IMG/VR virus record: IMGVR_UViG_3300028888_000125
Location: 5,567 to 69,566 of that record
Length of the DNA: 64,000 nucleotides
Source: a virus
Lineage: Duplodnaviria; Caudoviricetes
Direction: 5' to 3' (one strand)
Part shown: piece after piece, positions 55,297 through 64,000 of the stretch
Layout: each line of letters opens with the position of its first letter
How positions within the stretch are numbered: the first letter of the stretch is position 1
Program-made: the position numbers and the translations under genes
The notes under the pieces: model-generated
Database searches by the model: none
Told to the model about the DNA's origin: nothing
Seen by the model: only the letters and a program-made list of their open reading frames with translations

Positions 55297-56408
55297 GAAA
55301 CAAAGTCGTCTTCATTACGGATATTCATCTGGGACGTGATCCCATCAGTCCATGGCGTGTATTAGAACACTTAGAACGTTATCTATATCCAGTGTTAGCA
55401 GGTGTTGACGAAGATCCGCCCTCTCTTCTCCTTTTCGGGGGAGACTTCTTCGACCGACTTTTGGACTTGAACCAGGATGCGGGTCGTATCGCCGTCACGA
55501 TTGTCGATCACGTTGTAGAATTGGCTGTCAAACACGGATTCTTTGTCCGTGTCCTAGCGGGAACGTTCTCGCACGATCGTTTTCAGAACAAGCTTTTCAA
55601 CTACGGAAAGATACCCGATCTGAAACGGGACGATACTCAGATTGTCCGTGTCTTTGAGGAACGAGGAATTGAGTACATCAAGCCACTCAATCTCCACATC
55701 CTCTATTCACCTGATAATCAGAATGTAGACGACTTGACGGAAGCCGTATTGAAGACACTTTCAGATGCGAATCTCGACCATGCGGATATTCTCGCATCTC
55801 ATACGTATTTCGATCATCTCTACAAGAACCAACGGGAAATCCATCAACCGAGCAAGCAGATTGTTTCCCAAGCAGTCCGTAAGAAATTCACGGTAATCCT
55901 TAACGGTCACATTCATGTCAAGTCTATCGTTCGGAATATCGTGACAGGTGGGTCGTTCGAACGATTCTGTCACGCCGAGGAAGCTCCGAAAGGTTTCCAC
56001 ATTATCACCCTGAATGATGATAAGCTGGAGAAGATCGAGTTCCGTGAGAACTACGATACAGACCTCTTCAATACATACGAAATCACAGATGACAACAATG
56101 ACGCAGTCCTTGATCAAATTGAGGCGGATATCGTCGCTAGCCAGAAGAACGACCGTCCCATTCATATTCGTCTTGTCGGTGAATACGAATCCGCTCGTGT
56201 TTACCTGAAAGAGAAATATCCGACCATCGACGTAGCCGTAAAATCAACGGGCGCCCTGACCAGAGGCGACGATCCGTATGTAGAATCCATTATCGATGAT
56301 TTACCCACGTTGACCCCCGCAAACATCGTATCCTTTATTGTCGATGAAGTCCATCAGAAACTCACCAGGGAAGAAATAGAGGAAATGCTCCATGCCAGTA
56401 CCAAGTAG
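55293..56408 (+). CDS. sbcD: SbcD/Mre11-like metallophosphoesterase nuclease
   Basis: ITDIHLG, FGGDFFD, AGTFSHD, ASHTY and NGHIH motifs. Confidence 0.82.
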   Translation: MRNKVVFITDIHLGRDPISPWRVLEHLERYLYPVLAGVDEDPPSLLLFGGDFFDRLLDLNQDAGRIAVTIVDHVVELAVKHGFFVRVLAGTFSHDRFQNKLFNYGKIPDLKRDDTQIVRVFEERGIEYIKPLNLHILYSPDNQNVDDLTEAVLKTLSDANLDHADILASHTYFDHLYKNQREIHQPSKQIVSQAVRKKFTVILNGHIHVKSIVRNIVTGGSFERFCHAEEAPKGFHIITLNDDKLEKIEFRENYDTDLFNTYEITDDNNDAVLDQIEADIVASQKNDRPIHIRLVGEYESARVYLKEKYPTIDVAVKSTGALTRGDDPYVESIIDDLPTLTPANIVSFIVDEVHQKLTREEIEEMLHASTK

Positions 56409-57285
56409 CCATCCTGAATGGACGGACGACGCCAAATACTCCATTGGCGCCCAGCCCGTCCTTCAAACACTGCAACGTCTTTTTCTAAGCAACGCGTCTC
56501 TGAATAAGACATCTATTGATACCGTTTTGATTAATACGTCTACGGTTGTAAGGAATTGTGGTTCCAAACAAACCGTCTCGACCATGAAAGCTCATGATCG
56601 ACAGATGGGTCATACCTCTGCCGAGCCAGGCATCCAATGTTATAAAGAAGCTCGTCAGGAACTTCTTAATCTCGTCGAAGATGTCACCCGTATCTTGGAT
56701 GATTGCAACGATATTTCAAATCCATGTGTTATCTTCTATAACGGTCTTTACCAGAATATCATCCCCTCCGCTTATTGGAGGGGATTTCGTGAATCCGAGA
56801 TGGATCAGAAGCTGGCGAATTCCAGAATCATGATGGACATGGGGACGAAAACGACAACGACACAGAAACGACGTGTCACGGTCATCGAACTTCCTTGTCT
56901 CGGAAAGCTTCTTCCTTACCAGGAACTCTCCATTATCTTGAAGAAAGTCATCAACAATCATAACGTCCTTTTGTGGTCGCATCATACACTTGACTTTCAT
57001 ATTAAGGAATTTGCCAACTCGTTTCGTCTGGTCAATTCCTTCACAGGAGATTTGATTGAAGAACGAGACCTTTCCGAGAAAGTATTTCAAAACAAACACG
57101 TGCCATTCAACAGAATCAGTCATGTCCTCCTAGGAGACCGTCATGATCTGAGAGGTTCTTTATCTTATACCGACCAGAGATCCCTGAAAGAACTTGCGAC
57201 AAAAGAACGTTGGGATCTTAAGACGGAATACTGGATGCAACAGCAAATCACTAAAAAGAATATTGTTCTACCATACACCATATAA
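56392..57285 (+). CDS. Conserved phiKZ-like protein, possibly a degenerate 5'-3' nuclease fold
   Basis: 297 aa downstream of sbcD; INTSTVVRN and LLWSHHTLD motifs. Confidence 0.45.
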   Translation: MPVPSSHPEWTDDAKYSIGAQPVLQTLQRLFLSNASLNKTSIDTVLINTSTVVRNCGSKQTVSTMKAHDRQMGHTSAEPGIQCYKEARQELLNLVEDVTRILDDCNDISNPCVIFYNGLYQNIIPSAYWRGFRESEMDQKLANSRIMMDMGTKTTTTQKRRVTVIELPCLGKLLPYQELSIILKKVINNHNVLLWSHHTLDFHIKEFANSFRLVNSFTGDLIEERDLSEKVFQNKHVPFNRISHVLLGDRHDLRGSLSYTDQRSLKELATKERWDLKTEYWMQQQITKKNIVLPYTI

Positions 57286-57296
57286 GGAGAATCAAC

Positions 57297-58061
57297 ATGC
57301 CAGGTATTAACGAATCCGATTGGAAACCCGTGGAAAGACAGTTCTTTACAGCGGACAGAAAGGCGAAGATCGTCTTCTCCGTCTACAACGGGAATTTCCA
57401 GTTCGCTATCAGAAACACGGAACAGAAGAATTCCATTGTTCTTTCTCGTTCCATGAACGCTACGGCGCTTCAGCGTTTTCTCATGCTCTTTGCCGATATT
57501 CGAACCCAGAAGCCAGCGCCTGGCGCTTACAAACGTTCGCTCGATGTCGGCAAATTCGACCAGAACGCCAAAGGTCATCGTCTGCCCGATTATACACTCG
57601 TTGTCACCTACGACGATCAGAAAGTTTACCATCTGACGGTTGTTAGCGCGGAACAGGATATTGGTACGTACGACTTCATCATTGATTGTCCGTCTCGTGG
57701 TCTTATCTCCATTGATGGAAACGATATGGATATCGTCGCTGGCAGTGCTACGGGTGTCGAGATGTTCACCCAGTACTTGATCTGGATTGTCCCCCACATG
57801 ATTGTTCTGACCAGCAAACGTTACGATCCGTCCCGCTTCGGCGAGGGAGAGAGTGGTAACGGTGGTGGCAATCGTGGTGGATACCAGAATGGTGGCGGCT
57901 ACAATCGTGGTGGAGGAGGCGGATACCGCAATAACGGTGGAGGCTACAATAAGGGTGGCTATAACCGTGGCGGCGGTGGAGGTGGTTATCACGGTGGTGG
58001 TGGTGACAACGGAGGCGGAAACGAATCCTCCATGCCGAGTGGCGTAGACGAGCTGTTCTAA
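57297..58061 (+). CDS. Putative ssDNA/RNA-binding protein with Gly/Tyr/Arg-rich tail and acidic end
   Basis: 254 aa; beta-rich N-domain, GGYNRGG repeats, terminal SGVDELF. Confidence 0.6.
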   Translation: MPGINESDWKPVERQFFTADRKAKIVFSVYNGNFQFAIRNTEQKNSIVLSRSMNATALQRFLMLFADIRTQKPAPGAYKRSLDVGKFDQNAKGHRLPDYTLVVTYDDQKVYHLTVVSAEQDIGTYDFIIDCPSRGLISIDGNDMDIVAGSATGVEMFTQYLIWIVPHMIVLTSKRYDPSRFGEGESGNGGGNRGGYQNGGGYNRGGGGGYRNNGGGYNKGGYNRGGGGGGYHGGGGDNGGGNESSMPSGVDELF

Positions 58062-58180
58062 AGAGGACAAATCATTGTATACCCGGTGTGGCCCGCATTA
58101 TGGGCAAGTCTAGGTGCGGTCATCTCCTTGCACATCGGTTCTGATGATTTTCCTTCCTCTTTGCATCAGACGACTTGCTG

Positions 58181-58220
58181 TACAGGGATGGGGTCTCACG
58201 CGCCCCATCCCTGTATTTTT
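58181..58220 (+). terminator. Intrinsic terminator
   Basis: 13-bp stem TACAGGGATGGGG/CCCCATCCCTGTA plus T tract. Confidence 0.8.
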
Positions 58221-58235
58221 ATTTTTGGAGGTTTT

Positions 58236-58682
58236 ATGTCATACAACCGTGTAATCAACATACCAGAGTATATTCCATTCTACACGATCCGTAAGAAGAA
58301 CACCGTTGTCTGGGGAACCATGGGTGTTGGCATCAACATGAATATCTGGCTTCCAAGATACCATCAGGATCATCACAATCTGGTGACACTCATTCGATTT
58401 GTCGTAGGTCCGATGATATGGGAGAAGTATTTCCCCATTCCTGAGTTTTACTCGTTTGACACCTTGTATTTCCTATACAAACGCCAGCAGGAAATTGACA
58501 AAATCGTCGACAAGGATGGTAACCCTGGCGGAGTCGACACGCTCATTAAGTACTCTAAATCTTATATGGTGGCAGAAATTAAAACCCCTGTAATTCAACC
58601 AGGTGAGCTTTCACGTGGAGCAGGTATATTGATGGACACCATATCGAAGTCTTCACCCACATCATTAGGAGAATTTGTATGA
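58236..58682 (+). CDS. Hypothetical protein
   Basis: ATG 58236 after GGAGG; 148 aa; stop overlaps the nrdD start. Confidence 0.6.
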   Translation: MSYNRVINIPEYIPFYTIRKKNTVVWGTMGVGINMNIWLPRYHQDHHNLVTLIRFVVGPMIWEKYFPIPEFYSFDTLYFLYKRQQEIDKIVDKDGNPGGVDTLIKYSKSYMVAEIKTPVIQPGELSRGAGILMDTISKSSPTSLGEFV

Positions 58683-61600
58683 CAAGTTTTAAGAAACGTA
58701 ATGGTACGATTGTTCCGTTCAATATTGGAAAAGTCGTCGCTGCGATTGATGGAGCTATTCGGGACATTGCTATTTCTGGTTATCCTGCTCAGTATAACAG
58801 TCAGGAGCTGGCGACAGCCGTTCGAAACGAAGTGACACCACAGGAATCGGATACGATTACCTACGAATCCATTATGGCAGCATTACACAAAGTGTTGGGT
58901 CCGTATCCTGAACTGCACGCTGCCTACTTCAATTATGCGGAGAAACGAGACAAAGTCCGCAAGTGTATCACCGTTGTGGATAAGTCTGGTAAACAGAATT
59001 CGAAAGTTGACGTAACCGACAAATCACTGTTGCTGGTCAATACAGGTGCATCTGCAGATGTGGCTGGCTGGGATCGTTCCAAGATCGAGAACAAGCTCCG
59101 TACGGTCTTTCCCGATATGCCCGAAGTCGACGTGATTACCATTGCAAAACGTGCGGAAAACCGTGTCGTCCTCGGAAAGTTTACACAGATTACTACGGCG
59201 ATCATTCGGGAAATCGTGAACAACGAACTTGAAATCCACAATTATCCCAAACTTCCCGCAAACAAGATGTATGCCATCTCGAAGGAACATCTGGATGAGA
59301 TCCTTCTCCAGAAGTCCGTTGAGAATTCCAATGTTTCCGCCAACACACCTGAAACGGTGAATGAGAACATCGCCGAGTACATTCTGAAGAACTATGCCCT
59401 CGACAACATTTTCTCACCGGAAGTGGCGGAGGCCCACAATTCGGGTCGTATCCACATCCACGACCTGGGATTTGCTCCCACTCGTGTCTACTGCAGTGCC
59501 CACTCCATCGAGTATATCAAGAAGTACGGCCTCAAGGGTTTCGAGAACCTGAACACGGAATCGAAGCCTGCTCGTAGCGCTTCTGTTTTGACGTCCCATC
59601 TGAACACCTTCCTGGCGTCGATGCAGGCGAACTACGCTGGCGCTCTTGGTCTTGCCTATATCAACACTCTCTATGCTCCGTATATCGTCGGACTGGATGA
59701 GAAAGAAGTCCATCAGATTGCACAAGAGCTTATTTTCAATGCGTCACAGAACGCCTTTTCCCGTGGTAGTCAGACGATCTTCACGGACTTCAACATCGAC
59801 CCCGGTGTTCCGTCCATGCTGAAGGACACACCTGCTATCCATCCTGGCGGTGTCTACAAGATTTTGGTTCCGGATGAAAATGGTGTCGCCGAACCGCGTA
59901 TCATGCATGAGCGTGAATATGCTAAGGAAGGTCCTGGTGGATATCCACTCTACGAGTACTTCTACAAAACGATTGATGGCCCAGATGTTGTTGTTCGTCG
60001 GGAGTGCTACGATGAAAAGAGCGGTTTCCACTACGATGCCGAACTGGAAGAGAAGACAAAAGAAGCGGGTTGTCACATCGTCACGTACGGTGATTTCGTT
60101 TACGAGTCATCCAGGATGTGCTCGGCCCTCATTCGTGTCTTCAAGGAAGGCGACGCCAATGGCAAACAGTTCTTCTTCCCGAAGTGCCAGTTTCACGTCA
60201 GTGAAGAAATGTTCAAGGATGAAGGCAAAATGCGTCTCTACAGAGAGGCGTGCGACCTGGCCGCCCATAACGGCAGCACCTATTTTGTCTTCGACCGTAG
60301 CGCTGTCACTCTGTCGGCTTGCTGCCGTCTGTTGACGACGATTGACGATACCTCGCTTTTGAAGCATCCTGAACGTCTTCGTTTTTCTTTCCCAGGAAAC
60401 GAGTCAATTGTTGTTCGTGGAAAGGACAAAGTCGAAAAAGTCATGTCCTTCAAACAACTCTTTGAGATCGCCGCCAACGGGAACACCCTTTCTGTTGAAG
60501 AAGGAAACGAGATCTACTACACGGATGATTTCGAACTCCTCGACAATGGAAAATGGGTCAAGATGTCCCGTGTTTTGCGTCATAAGAAAGTAGACGACGG
60601 TTCCCGTAACTTGATTGCTTTCCAGACACGTGACGGTCGTATGAAAACCATGACGGCGAACCATCCTGTGTTCCTGAATGACATGGAAGGATTGTTCGAT
60701 GCTCGTCGCGTCGGTCCTGGCGTCTCTTTCAAATATGTGGGTGAGTTCTACGATCCTACGACAGCTACGATGTCTCTTTCTGATGAAGAGATGGCGATTG
60801 AATCCCAGAACATCAAAGCGAGTTTTGAAGAGGATCGCTACAACTTCACCTTCTCGTCTATTCTCTTGCATTACGATTGGGAAACGTTCATCCGTATCTT
60901 TAATGCATTCTGTCATATTCCTGGTATTGCGAAGTTTGATCCTACGTGCCAGATGATTCAGCTCATCTGCACATCCAAGACGGCGCTCGATCAAATCCAG
61001 ATGGTTCTCATGAAAAATCGTCGTGTCTCCTCGATGCGCGTGGCCCAGGTTCGCATGGGCCAGATTCGCGAGCATGGCAGAATGGCATACTGTCTCATCA
61101 TTCCAAACGTCATTGCAACCGTGAACGCAGATGGTTCGTATTACGTCAACGACTTTGAGAAGATTGAATCTTCCAAACCTCTTCACTACGATAACTTCAT
61201 CCATGACACGGAGGAGTTCCGTGATGATGAGGAAGAGTGGGTCTATGACGTCACGACAGAATCCCATACGTTCGTTGCCAACGGGTTCCATCTCCACAAC
61301 TGTGGTTTCGCCAACACAACGACGTCTCTACCGCACGCCGCCTACTTGACGAAGATGCAGGTTGAAAAAGATCCGTCTCTCAACGTCGAGGAAGTCTTCC
61401 TGAAGGAAGTCGACCGTTCGATGGATCTTTCTGTTCAATCCCACATGGAGAAGAAGACTCACATCGCTCAGATGATGGCTGGTCCCGGCCGTCCTCTATG
61501 GCAGGTCGGTAAAATCGCCTGCGATGGTCAGCCTTACATCAATCTTGACAAATGCACCTACATTCTCGGTATCATTGGTCTCAACGAAGCGGTCAAGGTC

Positions 61601-62236
61601 CTCTACGGAAAGGAACTCCATGAGTCCGACGAGATGCAGGACAAGGGTCTCCGGATCATCGCTCATATGAATCTCCGTCTCAAGGAGTACACTGAGAAGT
61701 ATCACCTCAAGTTCTCGATCGAAGAGACGCCTGCGGAAAGCGCGGCTCGTCGCTTTGCCCGTGCAGACTTGATTCGGCTTCCAGACTACGCCAAGGGAAT
61801 TGTCAAAGGTGCTGAAGACGCGGAGTACTACACGAATTCGATTCACTTGACGGCAGATGCTCCTGTTGTCCTGGTGGAGAGAATTCGCAAGCAATCCATG
61901 TATCATCCGATGATCGCCTCTGGCGCCATTATCCATGCGTTCATTGGAGAGGAGCAACCGAGTGCAGGTGCCATTGAAGAGATCGTTACGTTGACGTTCT
62001 TCCGTACCCAGTGTGCCCAGTTGACGTTCTCACCTAACTACACCTATTGCAACGTCTGCAAACGTCGTTCCATCGGACTCCATGACGTGTGTCCTTACTG
62101 CGGTTCTGAGGATACGGATCAAGTGACCCGTGTTGTCGGATACTTCTCGAAGATCAAGTCGTGGAACAAGTCCAAACGGTTCGGTGAACTGGTTGCCCGG
62201 GGTCGTGGCAACTATGCGGTTCAGAGTGCAGACTGA
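58679..62236 (+). CDS. nrdD: Anaerobic (class III) ribonucleoside-triphosphate reductase with two ATP-cone-like domains and an intein
   Basis: IHIHDL, finger loop SACCRL, EETPAES, zinc site CNVC...CPYC and glycyl-radical motif RVVGYF. Confidence 0.93.
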   Translation: MTSFKKRNGTIVPFNIGKVVAAIDGAIRDIAISGYPAQYNSQELATAVRNEVTPQESDTITYESIMAALHKVLGPYPELHAAYFNYAEKRDKVRKCITVVDKSGKQNSKVDVTDKSLLLVNTGASADVAGWDRSKIENKLRTVFPDMPEVDVITIAKRAENRVVLGKFTQITTAIIREIVNNELEIHNYPKLPANKMYAISKEHLDEILLQKSVENSNVSANTPETVNENIAEYILKNYALDNIFSPEVAEAHNSGRIHIHDLGFAPTRVYCSAHSIEYIKKYGLKGFENLNTESKPARSASVLTSHLNTFLASMQANYAGALGLAYINTLYAPYIVGLDEKEVHQIAQELIFNASQNAFSRGSQTIFTDFNIDPGVPSMLKDTPAIHPGGVYKILVPDENGVAEPRIMHEREYAKEGPGGYPLYEYFYKTIDGPDVVVRRECYDEKSGFHYDAELEEKTKEAGCHIVTYGDFVYESSRMCSALIRVFKEGDANGKQFFFPKCQFHVSEEMFKDEGKMRLYREACDLAAHNGSTYFVFDRSAVTLSACCRLLTTIDDTSLLKHPERLRFSFPGNESIVVRGKDKVEKVMSFKQLFEIAANGNTLSVEEGNEIYYTDDFELLDNGKWVKMSRVLRHKKVDDGSRNLIAFQTRDGRMKTMTANHPVFLNDMEGLFDARRVGPGVSFKYVGEFYDPTTATMSLSDEEMAIESQNIKASFEEDRYNFTFSSILLHYDWETFIRIFNAFCHIPGIAKFDPTCQMIQLICTSKTALDQIQMVLMKNRRVSSMRVAQVRMGQIREHGRMAYCLIIPNVIATVNADGSYYVNDFEKIESSKPLHYDNFIHDTEEFRDDEEEWVYDVTTESHTFVANGFHLHNCGFANTTTSLPHAAYLTKMQVEKDPSLNVEEVFLKEVDRSMDLSVQSHMEKKTHIAQMMAGPGRPLWQVGKIACDGQPYINLDKCTYILGIIGLNEAVKVLYGKELHESDEMQDKGLRIIAHMNLRLKEYTEKYHLKFSIEETPAESAARRFARADLIRLPDYAKGIVKGAEDAEYYTNSIHLTADAPVVLVERIRKQSMYHPMIASGAIIHAFIGEEQPSAGAIEEIVTLTFFRTQCAQLTFSPNYTYCNVCKRRSIGLHDVCPYCGSEDTDQVTRVVGYFSKIKSWNKSKRFGELVARGRGNYAVQSAD
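60386..61300 (+). mobile_element. Intein in NrdD (305 aa, Ser1...His-Asn, +1 Cys) with degenerate homing-endonuclease remnant
   Basis: Starts SFPGNESIVV, block B MTANHPVF, block F/G WVYDVTTESHTFVANGFHLHN|C. Removal restores RLRF-CGFAN. Confidence 0.88.
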
Positions 62237-62249
62237 GCGGGGGTGTAGA

Positions 62250-62645
62250 ATGGAATTGGACGTTGTGATTTTCGGTAAGCACGGATGTGCAAAATGCGAA
62301 CTTCTGCAGAAACGGACACGTGCTCTGTTAGAAGAACCTCAATACAAGGAGCGCTACAATTCGCTCGTTGTACACGACGCTTTAACAATTGACGGTCTTG
62401 TAGCTCTTTGCAAGGCTGAAGTTGTTGGAGCAAACAAGATACCAGCCATCGCGTTGGTAGATCACGAAACAGGTCAGTTGGTTGACGACGATGTCTTACG
62501 AGAAGAAGAAACGGATGTAGAAATGCTTCCAGGTCAGTTCTCAGGGAAAATCGGTCTGTCGACGGACTACGATGGAGAGGGTCACGGTGTCATCTCTCCA
62601 GGCATGATCCGTTTTGTATTGGACACTGGGTTAAAAGTTAAATAG
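62250..62645 (+). CDS. Thioredoxin/glutaredoxin-like CxxC protein
   Basis: N-terminal VVIFGKHGCAKC and KIPAIAL (cis-Pro-like); directly after nrdD. Confidence 0.7.
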   Translation: MELDVVIFGKHGCAKCELLQKRTRALLEEPQYKERYNSLVVHDALTIDGLVALCKAEVVGANKIPAIALVDHETGQLVDDDVLREEETDVEMLPGQFSGKIGLSTDYDGEGHGVISPGMIRFVLDTGLKVK

Positions 62646-62654
62646 TGGAATCAT

Positions 62655-62685
62655 CAGGTGCAGAGGTATAAAACCTCTGCACCTG
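62655..62685 (+). terminator. Terminator hairpin
   Basis: 13-bp stem CAGGTGCAGAGGT/ACCTCTGCACCTG. Confidence 0.7.
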
Positions 62686-62707
62686 GTATTCTACGTTGCA
62701 ATTGGTA

Positions 62708-62725
62708 TATATTCCTATTGTGATA
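62708..62725 (+). promoter_or_regulatory. Early promoter-like motif
   Basis: TATATTCC-TATT-GTGATA upstream of ORF 62778. Confidence 0.45.
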
Positions 62726-62777
62726 CGGCTAGATGGTCGTACAAAATACAAACCCTAAAACAAAGGAGAATCAAATC

Positions 62778-63509
62778 ATGTTAACTCTCGAAACGTTCAT
62801 CCATTACTACAAGTCGTCGACTATTCCAGACGATGTCATGCAACACGTATCTTTACGTCTACCTGGAGATAATCCATTTCAGGCAAACGAAAGAAAGCAG
62901 GCCGTGAAAGACAAGCGCCGTTTCTACTACGAAATGAACTGGAACACTCCGTCTCTTATTTCTCGTACGCTTGGTCACGCCCCTGTTGAGAAGTTCAACA
63001 AGAAAACGGATATCTGCAAGGAATACACGACAGTCGATCCTACCACACAGGACGAATACCATGTCATCCATGTCAAACTTGCAGTTCCTGTTGGTTGGAC
63101 GTATGTCCCGGAAGTTCGTTGTGTCATTCCCTTCATGCCTGTCACTTGGCTCGTTGACGACGTCGATGGTGATGTCCTTCTCTATCTTTCTCGTGGTGGC
63201 AGGGCATGGGAATTTGTCAGAGACGACGGTGATGCGGATGCGAAATATGTCATTGATTCGTGCATTCCGCTACGCAAAGAGAATGCATTCAAAACGGTAC
63301 CTGTTCTCAAGAACTTGAACGAAGTGAGTATAACGTTCAAATGGGATACCGGAGACGGGTGGAAGTTCCACAGTTTCACACCCGGTGGTTTCCGCGCCAT
63401 TATGAAGGATGATTGGACAGGTCTCACATTTGATGGTATACACGGTTACGCCGAAGTCATCACCTGGAAAGAAGCCTCTCTTCGTCACATCACCAACTTT
63501 GCATCATAA
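62778..63509 (+). CDS. Hypothetical protein
   Basis: ATG after AAAGGAG; 243 aa. Confidence 0.65.
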   Translation: MLTLETFIHYYKSSTIPDDVMQHVSLRLPGDNPFQANERKQAVKDKRRFYYEMNWNTPSLISRTLGHAPVEKFNKKTDICKEYTTVDPTTQDEYHVIHVKLAVPVGWTYVPEVRCVIPFMPVTWLVDDVDGDVLLYLSRGGRAWEFVRDDGDADAKYVIDSCIPLRKENAFKTVPVLKNLNEVSITFKWDTGDGWKFHSFTPGGFRAIMKDDWTGLTFDGIHGYAEVITWKEASLRHITNFAS

Positions 63510-63521
63510 GGAAAAACAACC

Positions 63522-63992
63522 ATGCAGAAAACAACAAAAGTTCTAGTTGAAGTCACCAAATCTGCCTACGTGGAAGTCCCAGTCCCGTGTGCGGACGACG
63601 GCACTATTGATATCGATGCCATCAGTGCTGAACTTCGCGATCTCGTTGAACAAGGTCGTATTGATTTGAACCAGATGGATTTGTCCCTTGTCCAATGGAA
63701 TGATAAGGATGTCACCCTCGGTCAGTGGGAAGCAATCTATTTTGCTCCCAGAAAAGGTCGTTGGCCTGACGTCTCTATTCACACTGCGTCAAACGGTGAA
63801 GGACCGTGGAAACTGGATCTTACTGTTACAGCACAGATTCAGAATGGTCACAGCCTTTCGGTTGGTGACATCAAGGATGAACTCATGAAGCGTCTCCTCT
63901 CCTCCGATGGCGGTCAGCATCTCGAATGCATGAACTTCGAACCGGATACTGATGTCACCTTTACGGTGGCAGGAACCATCCCAAAAAATTAA
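63522..63992 (+). CDS. Hypothetical protein
   Basis: 156 aa, SD AAGGA. Confidence 0.6.
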   Translation: MQKTTKVLVEVTKSAYVEVPVPCADDGTIDIDAISAELRDLVEQGRIDLNQMDLSLVQWNDKDVTLGQWEAIYFAPRKGRWPDVSIHTASNGEGPWKLDLTVTAQIQNGHSLSVGDIKDELMKRLLSSDGGQHLECMNFEPDTDVTFTVAGTIPKN

Positions 63993-64000
63993 ACATTTAA

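Overview
This 64 kb window is a segment of a phiKZ-related, probably nucleus-forming (Chimalliviridae-like) jumbo myophage genome in genetic code 11. It carries baseplate and inner-head structural genes, a family-B DNA polymerase and two split RNA polymerase beta' subunits (virion and non-virion types). It also has a likely chimallin shell gene, a GroEL-like chaperonin, RNase HI, a GyrB-like topoisomerase subunit, an SbcD-like nuclease and an intein-containing class III ribonucleotide reductase with a CxxC partner, which suggests an anaerobic host. The most striking feature is an apparently non-coding ~950 bp array (41807-42759) of ten silent, start-less cassettes in alternating orientation. 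Each is bounded by ACCGGT (Thr-Gly) and TGGCGTCC (Gly-Val) and is an open, in-frame 27-34-codon segment. The peptides resemble the variable loop of C-type-lectin-fold receptor-binding proteins, which points to a cassette-library diversification system with no reverse transcriptase visible in this window. Also notable are a probable programmed -1 frameshift joining two tail/baseplate assembly ORFs, a tRNA-like structured RNA, a second multi-stem RNA-like element and a run of seven divergent genes sharing a short motif. Family assignments come from recognised motifs and synteny recalled from phiKZ-like phages; no database searches were run.
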